A program made the position numbers and the translations under genes. The notes under the pieces were generated by a model that had not been told where the DNA came from, searched no databases, and was given only the letters and a program-made list of their open reading frames with translations. 64,000 nt of DNA from positions 45,262,001-45,326,000 of the forward strand of contig OZ076409.1 in the NCBI GenBank assembly GCA_964187785.1, written 5' to 3'. Source of the DNA: Amphiscolops sp. MND2022. Taxonomy: Eukaryota. Positions 62,598-64,000 of this stretch are shown here, one piece after another (the stretch's first letter is position 1; each line of letters opens with the position of its first letter).

Positions 62598-64000
62598 CTG
62601 GCATTAAAGCATTAAGTAATTCAAACGAGCAAATTGTGGCAGTAAATGGGCAGAAACAGTCCATCGGATGGTATGAAAGAACAATTCGTGACTTGAAATC
62701 ATTGGTCATATGAAAGTTTCAAGAAATGTTACAGTAATTTGTAAATCCAGTCCTCCATAATTTTGGAGAGTACTGAAAGTTTTTGCGTTCTGGATAGAAC
62801 AAAAGATGACGAGCAGCTGATGTCACAAAAGAAGAGTCTACTGAAAAATTTATGGTCTCCAGTAACAAGAGCAATTAACGTCGGCATGCCACCACTGCTG
62901 CTGTAGAATTAGAGCACAACAGAACAACAATCTGGGCACTTGAAAGTCGGCACATCCATTAACAGGACCAACAATTAGAATCCCATTAAAGCAAGCAACT
63001 TTGGCTTTTCAACAAAAGCTATTTGTTGCAGCACAGCTTGATTAAAGACAGGAGAAATGCTTCGCATTAATACGACATTCCAATTGCTCATGAACAGAAT
63101 TTTTGGACGCTGCTAAGATTCTTATGAGCCAGAGGGTATAAGAGCTCTATAGAATTTACATTCTCGACACCCCTTATAAACTTGTGAATGACACTGAGCT
63201 GAACTGGGTAACTAAGTTGCTAGTACAACAACAGTAAACAGCATTCCACCGACCGCAAAGTAAAGTGGAACAAATTTCTGAGTAAAAGTGAAATTGACTC
63301 ACTAAAACCATTTTAAATGTCAAATTGTTGTTGTCTTGCTTTCATTCTACAACACAAAATTTCAACTTGGGTCACTAACACAGCAGACGGATATTTAGTT
63401 TGAACAATGAAACACAAGAGTGGCTTTTGGCTGCTATTCGGACTTGGCTATACATTAGATCAGAATGAAACAAAAAGATAATAAAAATCAATATGAAAGT
63501 CCTGACACTGACAAAATTCAAACAATTTAGTCGTTGCTCGCCGAATGACAAACGGAAAGAATTCATGACAAAAGCTGCATTAAAAGGAGTATCGGAAACT
63601 AACTATTCACATGGTTAAAAATTCATCGACAGGACCACTTTGCAAATTCACAAAAAAACAGTGTACCCAAAGAAGGTGCAAGTGATTAATCTAAAAAAGA
63701 ATAACATTCCCAGCACTTTAACTTGCTTAGCTGTAATTTCTCCTAGGATCAACAGTTGATACGGCTGAGATCCTCGACGTCTGCAGCGTTTAGTTGAATT
63801 GAATAAGATCGGATTTTTCGAAACTAATGGCTCCTCAAAGTTTGTATTTCCAATCGAGTACGACCTTTATCGATTCATATCAAAGAAACGACTCAGCAAT
63901 TAACCATTCAATGTCCAATAAAAAAAGCTGACGCGTGTTATCCATACTTGTTTGGTGGAAAACTGAAATACATAATTTCGACCTCTTACACTCATTTATA

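Noticed and set aside
62600..64000. Further HARS exons
   Set aside because: I could not find HisRS motifs such as RGLDYY or GGRYD in any frame; the region is probably intron with decayed repeat sequence.

Overview
AT-rich, intron-containing animal (invertebrate) genomic DNA with GT-AG introns and many TTTCAG acceptors. The organism cannot be determined from the sequence alone; an acoel or flatworm-like genome is only a guess. The first ~25 kb is a transposon graveyard: two decayed Gypsy LTR elements with LTRs and TSDs, CR1/L2-type LINE fragments, hAT MITEs, and a fossil protein-primed family-B DNA polymerase (Maverick/Polinton type) split by one Gypsy. The remaining ~38 kb holds five host genes, all on the minus strand and reconstructed exon by exon: HARS (3' part), TYMS, a KIBRA/WWC-like gene, an ataxin-1-like AXH gene and TTC12. 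The HARS-TYMS-WWC spacers are very short and contain apparently unpaired splice acceptors, suggesting a trans-spliced eukaryotic operon. The introns carry a very young non-autonomous BEL/Pao LTR element with a 972-aa ORF lacking pol motifs, a 148-bp TSD-flanked insertion with a minimal hammerhead ribozyme, a hAT element with a nested LINE, a Helentron-type element carrying a tRNA-like module (a second copy is intergenic) and other repeats. All protein assignments come from motif recognition by eye; no database searches were run.
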